DNA from: Octopus sinensis
Lineage: Eukaryota
Direction of reading: 5' to 3'
Assembly (NCBI RefSeq): GCF_006345805.1
Contig: NC_043003.1
Coordinates: forward strand, 55,552,001-55,616,000
DNA: 64,000 nucleotides
The notes beneath the pieces were generated by a model, which saw nothing but the letters and a program-made list of their open reading frames with translations, did not search any database and was not told where the DNA came from. The first letter of the stretch is position 1, and each line of letters begins with the position of its first letter. Both the position numbers and the translations under genes were made by a program. Positions 14,241 to 26,734 of this stretch are shown piece by piece.

Positions 14241-16410
14241 ATTTCTGCTTCTTATACCATGCATCAGTCTTCTTATGTGTTATAATTTCTTCTTCTTCCC
14301 ACTATTGCTTGCCATTTTTGTACATTCTTATATATATCTTGTCTCCGATTCTAAAATATTTTGGCATGTCTTTACTAGCACGTATTTTTTCTTCATTGGT
14401 ATCAGTTTATCGAATAGTGACTTCATCTTTCTGACAAATATCAATTCTACTGGTGAACAACTTCCTTCTGGCACATTTGGGTTCGGAGTTACCCTGAATA
14501 CCCTTAAGAAGTGTTGGATCACGACTTCGTCCATGGCTTCCTTATTAGTTTCTTTAAAGCTCTCTTAAAAGTGTCCACTTGCAACAGTTCCATTTAATCT
14601 AGGGTTATACAGTACTATAGATTTATGTTCTAACGTGAGCATCTCTCAGAAAATTTTAAACTCACAGGACCAGGATACATATTGTCTTCCGTTATCAGAG
14701 ACAATTATATCCCGGACACAAAAACTTGCGAACAGTTCTTGTATGAAGTTAATTACCGTATATGAGATTGGTCGTTTACACTTCGTGCCCTCATGTCATT
14801 TTATGTAGCTGTCCACGGCTATTGAGTAATAATGTCCATTTACCAGGCCTGCACTATCTATATGCAATGGGGACCATGGTATTTTCCCTTCCGGCCAAGG
14901 TTCATATTTTGCAGTAGGTAATTTTGCTGCCAGCGCACATCCTATACAGACTTTTACCAGGTTTTCAACTTCCTTCACACTTGGCCAGTATACGAAACTT
15001 AGCATCGACGCTTTCATTCGAGAGGAGCTTAGGTATCCCACATGGAACGCTTTTAGCATTCTCCCCTGTAATGTCTGTGCTATAACCACCTGAGCGTACA
15101 TTAACACACCATCACATATAGAGTACACGTTCACATCTTGGCGGTTCTTTACATCGGACATTTCTTTATTATTTTTGTTTTTGCTGACGACACTTTTCTC
15201 ATTAATAAATTTTTCATTTCTCTCATTTCTTTCTATTTCTTCCGTTCACGCACGATGCTCCACATGACGGTTTTTTTTTTCAGTTCATCGATCTCGTTCG
15301 ATCATTTGACTACTCCATTTACGCTACTGCACAAAGCGCTTATGGGTGTATCCTATAATTAAATTTCTCTATACATTCGGTGCCCAATAAATTCATGGAT
15401 TGTTTCAAGACATAAACATTCTGCCTGTTGGTTCGAACTTTGAACATTATATTAACAAATGCTTTCACCCGTAAAATATAATTTTCGTCTCGTAACACCG
15501 TACGCTATTTTGTTTGAACTACATAATTTTAATTTACCCATTTGTTCCCATGTTTTTTCATTTATGTTTGTGATATCACTCCCCGTTCTAATTGCATTCT
15601 AACACTAGTGTTTTCAATTCTCACATTCACAAATTTCTGTTTCTGCCGAAAAACAAATGTGTTTTCCCTTGTTTGTTCCATTTTCCTATCATTCTAGTTT
15701 TGCAGTGCGATTTTATATGTCCTATAAACGAAAGCACTTTGTTTATTCGTTTATACGGACAATCTTTTTCAGGTGCATCCAAGCATACAGGGGTCACATC
15801 CCGATATTTTTTCTTTGTACTGGTCTTATGTGGAAACAATCCTTCTGTTGAATTTCTTTTTTGTCATGCTTTAATTTTAATATCCTGTCACACTCTTCTT
15901 ACAGTTTCTGCAATGTCAAATCCTTAGTTCATTACCAGGTTTGATAGAATATCCGTTCGGATTTCTGTATCCCTTCTATCTGTCAATCCTTGTGCAAGAA
16001 TCAAGCACTTGAAAGAATCTGGAGTAAGCATATTTAGCCTAAATCTCTCACATTCGTTGTTGAATCTGCCTGTGTAAGTAGTGAAGACTTCATTTTCGCT
16101 CTTTTCTATGTTTAAACATTTCCATCTAGTATTAAATAGTGAGCTCTTTTTACTGAACATTTTGCACAAAATGTCCAACTGTGTCAGTTGAAATTTATGT
16201 AGGACGCATTTTTTTGGCAATATGAATTTACTAAACTTCATATGCTCTGCTGTCGCTAACACTACCACAATTTTTTTCTTTTGTCGAGGTATTTAATTTT
16301 CCACGTTAATTAGTTTAAACTCTTCGTGTGAATGTTTTTCTTTTCACTCCGCGTAAATTTATTTTTCTCGTTGCCGCTGTTGTAAAACAGTCCATTGCCA
16401 CTGTTGTACC
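14240..16410 (-). mobile_element. Ty3/Gypsy (K02A2.6-like) LTR retrotransposon remnant: gag, zinc knuckle, protease, integrase; RT/RNase H absent
   Basis: Gag-like LTPDSFKCLILAQGL..DTEIRTDIL (15924-16268); decayed knuckle DCPYK..GHIKSHCK (15627-15839); integrase Zn domain SICDGVLMY..H.GY..RMKA..VYWP..C..C..W..LHID.AG..VDSY (14796-15161); integrase core VINFIQELFA..DIIVSDNG, FLRVFRVTP..SPVELIF. PBS-like aca-gcggcaacgag (minus strand, 16367-16380) resembles TGGCGACGAG, complementary to the 3' end of tRNA-Ser(GCU). Confidence 0.9.
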
Positions 16411-16650
16411 TGTCTTTCGGCGAGAGTTATCGCTCTGACAGATTTTCTTATATTCCGAAGTCATGCATATTATTATCCTCAAATGGTTGGATCGCTATAA
16501 CGTTCACTCAGTATCACAGTATAATTACATCAGTAACAGACACGACTGTCAACACAGTCTACACGTACTCTCGAACTTCCAGATCATTCTCTGACCTTTC
16601 TCTCTCGACTGGCTACTGATCTATTTATAATGTCTGGCTACTACGACTTT
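16402..16650 (-). repeat. Probable 5' LTR of the Gypsy remnant
   Basis: Ends ...tacaACA immediately before TGGC/PBS-like motifs, with tataaata near 16625 on the minus strand. No matching 3' LTR found, so the outer boundary is uncertain. Confidence 0.4.
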
Positions 16651-16885
16651 TTACCGGTTTTGAGAAAATAACTTAGCAGCGTTCCCTTCATCATATACAT
16701 GGTAGTCACATTCGGTTATAATGGCTTATTGATGTGTTTTGTTCATTTTTTGCCCTGACGATTGTCTTACATTATTTTATTTCCGTCGGTAATAATACCT
16801 GTGTCTAACTCCAATACGTTTAGTTTATCTTTAGAAATTTTCTATAGAATTTAGGGCCAACACTGAAACTCGCGATGTGTTTTGG

Positions 16886-17170
16886 TTAAGTTAAGTTAAG
16901 TTAATTTTTGGCTCAAAAAGCAAAAAGCAAGGCCATGTAGGGGGACATGGAGTTATGTACAGGGAGGGTGTTCATGCAAGAGAGACTTTGAACCGAGCGG
17001 TCGTCGGCATCTTCACTATCTCGTCCGGCAGCTTATTCCACGGATCCGCAACCCGGGCGGAGAAAGCTCCTCCTCTTCGATTGAGATGAAATCGTCACAG
17101 ATAGAGCTTTTCGGAGTGACCCCGCAGCCGACGCTGATCGAAGATAGAAAAATAGATAATCGGTGTAAAT
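16886..17170 (-). mobile_element. CR1-type LINE 3' end with (AACTT)n tail
   Basis: Minus strand RRLRGHSEKLYL*RFHLNRRGGAFSARVADPWNKLPDEIVKMPTTARFK matches the CR1 C-terminal RGH..FS.RV..WN.LP motif. Tail ttaagttaagttaagttaa at 16886-16904. CpG-rich, so comparatively young. Confidence 0.85.
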
Positions 17171-17257
17171 GTATATTTGCGGGGTTATTTTCTTTGTTCA
17201 GCACCAGATCCAAACCATTAACGACACTCTTAAAACCAGGAGCTGTTCTGCATTCCA

Positions 17258-17259
17258 TG

Positions 17260-17325
<66 letters not shown>

Positions 17326-17330
17326 AATAC

Positions 17331-17362
<32 letters not shown>

Positions 17363-17420
17363 TTGTCTGTCTGTCTGTCTGTTTGTCTCTCTGCTTCTGT
17401 CTGTCTGCCTGTCTGCCTAT
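17258..17420. repeat. (ATCT)n/(GTCT)n tetranucleotide microsatellite
   Basis: Seen directly. Confidence 0.95.
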
Positions 17421-18137
17421 TTATCAATCAATGTGTGTACGTGTGTGTGCGCGTGCATGCGTGTGTATTTACAAGCATCTTATTAATTTGCATTGGTATT
17501 TGCTTGTGTGTGGGATTATCTATTTTCATATGAATGTGAGTATGTGTGAATTTGTGTGTGAGTATAAGTATTCTCATATTCCAAAAACTAAACTAGAAAG
17601 TGTGTGTCGGTCTTTATTTGTGTGTGTGTAGCCGTGCTTGTGTTCTTGCGTGTATGCGTGTCTGTGCGTATTTCAGTGCAGAGCTCTTTCCAGTAGTCTA
17701 TATTTATTCATATAAATAGTTGCTACATTACGAACACAATCGCGCGGGGGCGCACTCTTTTCCCGGATTTAAAGGAATTATTTTATATCAAATTTCAGAG
17801 CTTCAGCTTTCTCATATGACAAGATGACCCACAGGGCGACAAGAAAACAGTGGTGACGGTTCAAAAGAAATCAATATTAAGTTTTTATAAACTTCCATAT
17901 TTAATTTACTTCACATTCGTAAGAGCAAACAAGAAAGAAAGGAAAAACTGCTTTAAATCTCCATTTATTTCGCTAAATCTATTTAAATATATACACAAGT
18001 ATACACACACATATATATATATATATATGTATAAACGTATGTATAGATATATATGTATAAACGTATGTATAGATATATATGTATAAACGTATGTATAGAT
18101 ATATATGTATACATGTAATGTATATTTATATGAATGA

Positions 18138-18189
<52 letters not shown>

Positions 18190-18692
18190 CATGGATGTGT
18201 GCATGTGTGTTTATATGGCTTTATATGGAGTGAGGAAGAGATAGAGAGAAAGAGAGATGTATACGAAGAAAATTTTGTTGGTTTAAGAATGATTATGCTA
18301 AAAGAATCTTAAAATATATAAAAGCCTTCTGGCACCCATACCATAGATTTGTATATTAAAGAGAAGACTCGGCGTATAAAGACATGTTATCTCATATCAT
18401 CAGTTTATTTCATTGTTCATTTATATGTCTGCATACATACAGATATCCACGCAAATATATAAATATATACGTAGGTATATGTATGTATACATGTATAGTT
18501 ATATGTTTATGTGAGCATGCGTGCATAGTTGTATCTATGTACTTATGTAAGCGTGTACATATTATTCCATAGCTACTTTAAGAATTTAAGAATTACAATA
18601 GAATATTCCGTTATGGAATGATTTTATTACCGTCAGCCAATTCAAGAATTATTATAGGGCTTCATATTTCTCCTGATGATACATCCATCTTA

Positions 18693-18858
18693 GGCGCAGG
18701 ATTGGCTGTGTGGTAAATAGCTTGCTCATGAACCAGATGACTCCGGGTTCTCATCCCATTTCGTGGAACCTTGCGTAAGTGTCTTCTCTTCTACTATAGC
18801 CTTGGGCCGGCCAAAGTCCTGTCAGGAGATTTCGTTGGCGGAAACTGAAAGAAGCATG

Positions 18859-18890
<32 letters not shown>

Positions 18891-19350
18891 TACATATATA
18901 GGGTTCGTTTTATCTCTTACTTTATTATTATTATCATCTTATAATCATCTCATAATAATGACCTTTATGACTCGTATTACTACCTCAGTCAATCTAAAGG
19001 TATATATTTGTCACTACCTGTCATAAATAGCCTTTTTCTATCTGCAATATGCATCTTCGTTGATTTTTCATATTTTACCCTTACATTTCCACGTGTATTT
19101 TAAATTTTGTTTTCGTAACATATTTCTACTATATTATATATATATATATTTGTGTGCCTGTGTTTGTCCTCCATCCATCATCACTTGACAACCAATGTTG
19201 GTGTGTTTAATGAGCGGTTCGGCAAAATAGACTAATAGAATAAGTACTAGGCTTCCAAACAATAAGTCCTTGGGTTGATTTCTTAGACGAAAGGTGGTGA
19301 GGCAGCATGGCCGCAATCAAATGACTGAAATAAATGAAAAAAGAAACAAA
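18693..19350 (+). mobile_element. Microsatellite-containing tRNA-derived SINE (5' half 18693-18860, 3' half 19160-19350)
   Basis: Head ggcgcaggattggctgtgtggtaaatagcttgc...ccgggttc; tail gaataagtactaggctt...gcatggccgcaatcaaatgactgaaa. About 250 bp of extra sequence in the internal TA tract. Confidence 0.8.
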
Positions 19351-19668
19351 AATGTATATATATACACGCTACGTGACAGTCACTATGATTGCCCAACACT
19401 GCATTGCGGGATAAATTCTGTTAACAAGGCTACCATTCGTTTTATGCCGAGAGAAATTTCTCAATAATTAGCAAGCCTGTTGAATAGTACGTAGGTACTT
19501 TTCTGCAAAATGGAAAGATATAAAGAATATACACACGCAGATACACATTCACCATACATACATACATACATACATACATACCTATATATATATGTGATGT
19601 GTGTATGTATATATGTATATGTATATACATGTATATATATATATTTGTATATAACATATATATATTGG

Positions 19669-19738
<70 letters not shown>

Positions 19739-19929
19739 CATACATATATATATACCTCTATATATAAGGAAAAAAGTCAATAATTTTATCATAAAGCAAT
19801 TTCAGTACCGGTTTCAGCCGTTCAGACTTTTCAACTCTAGGTATCGAAGAGAATTAAAGTTTGGAAATATTAAATTAAAAGTTTTTATTGAAGAAAATTT
19901 GCATAATATTCAAATCCAAGGGGCATTTC

Positions 19930-19980
<51 letters not shown>

Positions 19981-20165
19981 TTACACTCGTCGGTGCGAGG
20001 TCGTTGTGAATTCTTGGCAGAGAAGAAGAAGAACAAGAAGAACAAGAAAAAGAAGAGGAAGGGGGAGGAGGAGGCGGAGTAACATACGTGTAACATGTAT
20101 GTATGTATGTATGTATTTTGTATGTATGTATGTATGCATTCATGCATGTATGTATATATATATAC

Positions 20166-20245
<80 letters not shown>

Positions 20246-20325
20246 TATATATATATTCGGTGCAATTTTTTTTATACGGCACCGAGTTCAAATTCCTGTA
20301 TATAGTAATAATGGTATTTTTATAT

Positions 20326-20515
20326 AAGCTGAAAGCTTATGGCGATCACTGTGCGATGACTAAGGGAAATAGTCTAATAAAGAGGCACATAAGCCTTCGA
20401 CAGAAAAAAGAAGGCTCTCCTAAATCCCGCCTTCTTTTTATGTCGAGGGGTTATATGCCCCTTAATTAGAATATTTTCCTTAGTCATTGCACGATGGTCT
20501 CATAAGCTTTAAGCT
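20326..20515. repeat. ~190-bp imperfect inverted repeat (fold-back/MITE-like hairpin)
   Basis: Arms of ~88 bp (e.g. gtgcgatgactaaggga / tccttagtcattgcac; gacagaaaaaagaaggc / gccttctttttatgtc) around a 13-nt loop at 20416-20428. Confidence 0.85.
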
Positions 20516-20524
20516 ACTATGTAT

Positions 20525-20566
<42 letters not shown>

Positions 20567-20799
20567 AGGGAGAGAGAGACATAGAGGCAGAGATGGAATA
20601 AGAGTGTGTTGGCGTGTGTGTGCGCGCAGACACACACATGCACATATACACGAACGCAAGCCCAGAAGTAGACTGATCAACTGCAGCGCTAAAACAATAA
20701 AGATAAAATCAAAGTGAGGAGAAAGCATCTTCGTTATTGCCAAATTACCCTGATTCAGATCCAACTAATAAAACAACTGTTGCTCTATGTCACAGACAA

Positions 20800-21840
20800 T
20801 GAAAGTTAAGTTTCTGGGATTTCATTCACAAATTCACGCATTATTATTATTTTTTTTTGTCGTGTGTAGACTTGATTATGTGCTGTGGGGGTTAAAAATA
20901 TTGAAACTCTGACCACGCAAGCTTTTAGAGACACTAAAGCTATATTGAGAAACCAGAACTGCATTGTGAGATGTTTCCTTACTTGTAATATGAGCAATAT
21001 TACACTGCATATTCTATGAGAATCCGGGAAAATATATCTTGCTATTTCCATTGAAAATGGAGATAGCTTGAAACTTATCCTCTATAGCTAAATCTTTTCA
21101 ATTTTGCATTAAATCTAGGAAAACCCACCAGTTTTCTAAGTAAAGCATTAACTTTCTAGTGTATGCTGTTGGCCTTGCATTTCCACGATCTCTTCAGTAA
21201 GTACACTCTTTACCTCTTTGAACAACAATGTATTTAACACTGATCAAATGCTTCTCATACTTTAGTAATCCAATAAACTGGAAAGGTATCTATTCTGATT
21301 CAGTGAGTTTGCAATTGCTCTTTCACTATAGTACTTATTTATAAGCGACTTCTTGTTAAATGTTAATCCAATACTGCGTATACGTGGGAGATCTAATGCA
21401 CTTTAAATTAAACAAGTTACTGCTATGGAATTTATTGTTAACAGTAAATGAGAACACTTTTTTCCGATGCTAATTAATATGCTTTCCGATTTTGTTAATT
21501 TTCTATCTCGTTACATTCAATCTCCCATGCAGTAATACAACTTCACTATTATTTTCCTCAAAAATAAGATCAGTTGAATGTATAACGTTATTATTAATAC
21601 ATATAGATACTGTAATTCTAAAAATCCTTATTAAATTAGATCGGGAAATGTATTTTTTTTCTCTTTTACACAAGATAAAGAACGTTTCTCTATGGATAGT
21701 TTTAAATTTTAATATTACGCTGTAAGACGCAATTATAGCTTAAATAACAGATTTGAATCAATAGAAACACATTTTAAATGTTGCATTCCACAAGCTAATT
21801 TTCGCTACATGAGCGGTCTGTATTACAAATGAATATCTGA
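20800..21840 (-). mobile_element. Decayed Penelope-like element fragment (RT C-terminus to linker)
   Basis: Minus strand DLPRIRSIGLTFNKKSLINKY (LPxIG..S..F.KKL motif) and TIHRETF (T.VYRKPT-like). Heavily decayed. Confidence 0.45.
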
Positions 21841-21891
21841 TGCGTGCACCACAGTCGCATTAGTAACCATGCTACGCGCGCACATACACAG

Positions 21892-21932
<41 letters not shown>

Positions 21933-22389
21933 AATATTTGTGAGTTTGTGTCGCTTTACTTAGGTTAGTATGTAGGATCTACATTGGAAGATCTCATCGA
22001 TTCAGATTCGCCATAGGATTAATCCTACTTAGGTGATCTTCCAACCAGACATACAACGTAAATGTTTCAAAAACCTCATCTAACAAGTAAATATCAACAT
22101 TTATCCACTGGAATTCATGCTACACCTTGTGCTTATTTCGATGACCCTTCCGACTTGTGCTTGCTGATCACAATGTTAAACATTTCAAACAATTAGATGA
22201 ACACGTAAAAGAATCATAATTCGCCCTTCCATTGTAATTAACTCAAGCACAACGATGGCGACAAAAGGCAATTAAATAGCTAGATTTTGAGTTAGTGCCC
22301 CTTATGCTACATTCCTCGCTCTGACTTCACTCAACCGCTAAAAATAGGGGAAACCGCTAATATCATGAATTGCTTATTTTATCGTCTTG

Positions 22390-22895
22390 TCTTACTTATC
22401 AGACTGAAGCCAATTCGGGGCACCACCTTCAGGGATTTAATTGGACTAATGATTCCAGTACGTATTTCTAAGTCTGAAATGTTTATTCTATGAGTCTCTT
22501 TTGCCGAACGACTGAGTTATGGGAATCCAAACAAACCAAGACCGTTTACCAAGCGTCGGTGGGAGCAAACACAAAGACACACACTCACATCACATATCGG
22601 TACGGTTTCGACCAGACTGCCGTGTATTATACATCGCTGGTCACAATGTGCGTCGCATTTTGTTTTAGTTTTTGAATGATGCCAACCTGTTGTCTTGTTG
22701 AGCAGACCAACACACACACACATACATTTGACGTATTACTTTTAGTCCCCGTCCGCCAAATCCACTCGCAAGGCCTTGGTCGGCCTGAAGCTATAGCTGA
22801 AGACACTTGCGAAAGTTGCCACAACACGGGACAGAACCCGAAACCATATGGCTGGGAACTAAACATCTTCCCACACAACCACGACCACACTGAGA
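22390..22895 (-). mobile_element. Microsatellite-containing SINE with an internal insertion of another SINE fragment
   Basis: 22745-22890 is the reverse complement of the family head; 22400-22580 of the tail; 22590-22690 is related to 2115-2190. Confidence 0.7.
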
Positions 22896-25260
22896 TACCG
22901 AGTCGAACCAACCTCATTGGATAAAACATTTTTTTTTTGTTAGAATTTTATTTTAATACATTTCTCTTTATTTACTCAACTACCAAAACGAGAATTCTAT
23001 AATTAGCTCCCTTGAATTCTTTACATCTTTATATTTTGGTTTGTCAGAGATGTGTTGAAATTATTGTGAAATCAATATCCTGAAACTCTATTTACTGCAA
23101 TATGTTTATTTAAATTGTCTTTCTCTCGCTATTTTTACATTGTCAATAATCCAGTATCTCTTCACATTGGAGAAATATTTGATTTTGTCATGATATTCAT
23201 TTTTATATAAATTTTTCCATAATTTTTCATGGCCGTTATCCTAATAGCTAAAGTTTTTACATCTCATTTTTTGTGAGGAGATATTATGACTCTAGCTTTG
23301 ACTATTGTTTTATTTTATTGAAATTTATGAATCAATGATATACGCTGCATTAAATTATAATTATTTAATTACTTTATGTTAAATTTATATACAAATTTGT
23401 AATTTAAGATATATTTTATTATTTGTTTATATTTTTTAATTAATTTTCTCTCGTTTATATTGATATTCTATATTCGTACATCTTCATAGCAACGTCAAAT
23501 CTTAGATTATTAAATATATATCATCCTATTAATACTGGAGTTATGTGACCCAAGGAAAGGGTCCATGTAACCTCTCGATCTCTTAGAAATAATAGCCAGA
23601 TCTCTTTAAAATTCCAAATTTATAGATTAAAAACCATTTCATTGTGCAATAGTATCTGAATTACATTATGTTTAAAAACAGAAATCAGATATTCAAGGCT
23701 GAATTTTCATTTAATGCTTGTCTGTTCGTATAAGGATCACTCGAATAGAACAAAGTAAACGGAATATTTTGAAAAAAACATTTAGTTCTTTTATCCAGTG
23801 GCAGTGACCAAGTCGGCGTGAAACATTATGATCATTAACTCGATGTTAAAGTACAAGGAATTATCAACACTTAAATTTTAGACAAAGAGAATATTCCCCT
23901 CACCTCACGCTTTCATATGTTCAATGAAAACAAAACATAGCGTAAAGTAATCCTAAATAGATTATGTCCAAATACCATAAAGATGGAATGATTACTTGTT
24001 ATATGCGTTGAAAGATAAATCTACTCAGTTTCCGCTGCCTTGCTGTTAGGAAATTGAGGATATTTTTAGATTAGTCTTTCAACTCAATGTTAGACAGGAA
24101 GGGAACGAATTATCTGTAACAATTTCAAGAAAACGTTACCTACATGGTGATCTTAGCAACCTTACAATTTTAGATATGCAACGGAATGTGATGCATTTAA
24201 AACAAATGTAGTCATATTGAAAATAAGGCCCAGGATATCGACGGATTCTTTACATTTTGTGGATAACCAGAGCCATTTTTGTTTCACAGTTTCTATAAGA
24301 TTTAGCTCCGCGGCACAACTGAATCAATTGCATCCCATGAACTTTGAATTTGTTCACACAGTTTAAATGCCCATATATAAGTATATAAGTAGATGCGTAT
24401 CAAAGGGTTCAATTAAATATGAGAGGTCAATGTGTGTATATAAATACTGCTTTCTCGGATATTAAGGCAAAATACTGAAGAAATTTTGCGTTGATGATTT
24501 AATAAGCACCACTGTTGAAGATACACAAACACATACATATATATATATATATATGTAAGTATATATATATGTGTGTGTGTGCGTGTGTGTATTTATGTGC
24601 GTGCGTATACAGAGAGAAAGAGGGGAAGGAAGAGCGGGGTTGCTGACGAAATTCAAATTCCGTCTTTGGAACTGTCTCAAATGTACTCTGTTTTGTAAGG
24701 TTGTTATATCCAAAGACAAGCTGTTTACCTCTGTCGATACATAGAATGTTGGCTAAATGTCCTTAAGCAGTTTTGCTATATTATTAAAGAACAAAAATAA
24801 ACAGTTAGATCACCAGAAAATTAAAATATTAATCGCTAGTCACATGTTATAAACATGCAATCTAGTCTCTCCAATTTCCTGAAGCCCGTATTTGTAACGA
24901 GTTCATGTATAGTTAAAAACGACAATGAAAAGGAAAAACAAGCGCACTTCACTCAAAACTTGAATAAGATCTTACTGTTCCCTGTACACTGCCCCTCAAA
25001 ATGCTGTATATAAAGTCAATTTATCCTCGAGTAATTTTACGCAAGCCTCACACTATAACAGCTCATACACGCGCGTGCGCTGTGTCATTCACTCATAGAC
25101 CTGAAGATGGTGTACACCTACCCGAATGTGGTGGGGTGAAATTCAGAGCAGAAAGAGACTAAGTCGATCTAAATAAACCTTCGTGACCAAATATTTGGGA
25201 CGTCCTTTTAACAATTAAATTTTTTATGCCCAAGTTCAATTAGATTCAAATATACACAAC

Positions 25261-25310
<50 letters not shown>

Positions 25311-25319
25311 TATATATTT

Positions 25320-25350
<31 letters not shown>

Positions 25351-25488
25351 ATATATATACACACGCACACACACATATAATATATATATATATACAACAT
25401 ATATTTGAGCATTTAATGTCATAATTCTAATTTCAGTCCTATTTCAAAATGGTTGGGCCGTTACTGTACATACACACACACACACACA

Positions 25489-25522
<34 letters not shown>

Positions 25523-25620
25523 CATACATATATATACACGTACATACATACATTTGTGCATGCATCCTTACTTGTGCATGTACATATATATAAAAATATG
25601 TGTGTCGCCATATTATCTTG

Positions 25621-25730
25621 CATATCCGCTAAATCTGATGAGCGTAAGGTTACATAATCGGATTAATACCTAACACTCCATTGTATTCCTTGCGCCAAAC
25701 CGACTGGTAAGATCAACCGTGATAGATATG
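25621..25730 (+). ncRNA. Degenerate type I hammerhead ribozyme motif
   Basis: CTGATGA 25635-41; stem II gcgtaagg/ccttgcgc; CAAA in place of GAAA; stem III ACC/GGT; GTA triplet; distal stem I catatc/gatatg. Confidence 0.5.
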
Positions 25731-25796
25731 TAATATTATACATTTTGGAATACAAATATATATAGATATAGGTGTGTGTGTGTGTGTGTGTATTTG

Positions 25797-25912
25797 TAGG
25801 TGCAGGATTGGGTAGGTTGTAAGAAGCTTGCTTCCCAACCACATGGTTCCAGGTTCAGTCTCTTCTACAATATTCTCGCGCGCCGAATAAGAGCTTGTGA
25901 GTGGATTTGGTA

Positions 25913-25948
<36 letters not shown>

Positions 25949-26125
25949 GTATGTATGTATGAATTTATGTGTCTATGCTTGTCTCCCCACAACCAGTGCT
26001 GGTCTGTTTATAGAATAAGCACTAAGTTTACAAAGAATAAGTCCTCGGGTTGATGTGTTCGCGTAAAGGTGGTGCTCCAGCATGGCCGTAGTCAAATGAC
26101 TGAAACAAGTAAAAGGATAAAAGGA
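25797..26125 (+). mobile_element. Near full-length microsatellite-containing tRNA-derived SINE
   Basis: Head ggtgcaggattgggtaggttgtaagaagcttgcttcccaaccacatggttccaggttcagtc, internal (TA)n/(TATG)n, tail gcatggccgtagtcaaatgactgaaacaagtaaaagg. Confidence 0.9.
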
Positions 26126-26366
26126 AGAAAGAATATGTATGTGTTAGTATGTCTGTATAAAAAAAATAATAAATGCGCCCTTTTAAAGCCTAGCCAGTCT
26201 CATGGGCCCGGTTTCCCGGTTTCAATGGCGTATGCGTCCTCCAGCTGGACGGGACGCCAGTCCATCGTATCGTTACTTATACGTATATATATATATACGT
26301 ATATATATATATATAATATACGTATATACATATACATATATATATACATATACATATATATATATA

Positions 26367-26734
26367 TGAGATTTATCATTGTTTGATTTCACTTTTTCAA
26401 TATCAGTGTCATATCGACACTGGAAAAAGTATATGTATTTGTGAAGGAATCTGACTTCTCGTCGACAACCATGATTGTCACACGCTGATGAAAGGTAAAC
26501 ACATTGAAACTCGGGTACGTGTGTATCATGTGTTGAAGACGGGGAGGATGACTCCCCTTCACAAATACTGACAGGACACAGATAGTGTGTCTATAGCCAG
26601 CGGGAGGAGGTGTCTTCCTGGGGCTACAAACTACAGTAGCATCCACCCTTTTGGGTTAGCCATATTCAAATGGCATATATGCATCACGTTGTGTTACCGC
26701 TACTGTTTATAACTCGCTCTGAGATTTATCATTG

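Noticed and set aside
18021-18105. 28-bp unit repeated about three times (atatatatgtataaacgtatgtatagat)
   Set aside because: Local slippage within a compound microsatellite; no spacers.
21962-22056. Short imperfect inverted repeat (gtatgt..tggaagatc / gatcttcca..acatac)
   Set aside because: Too short and interrupted to assign; may be a MITE remnant.
25095-25172. CTGAAGA...GAAA...GTC hammerhead-like motif
   Set aside because: Stem II pairs for only 2 bp and stem III is mismatched.
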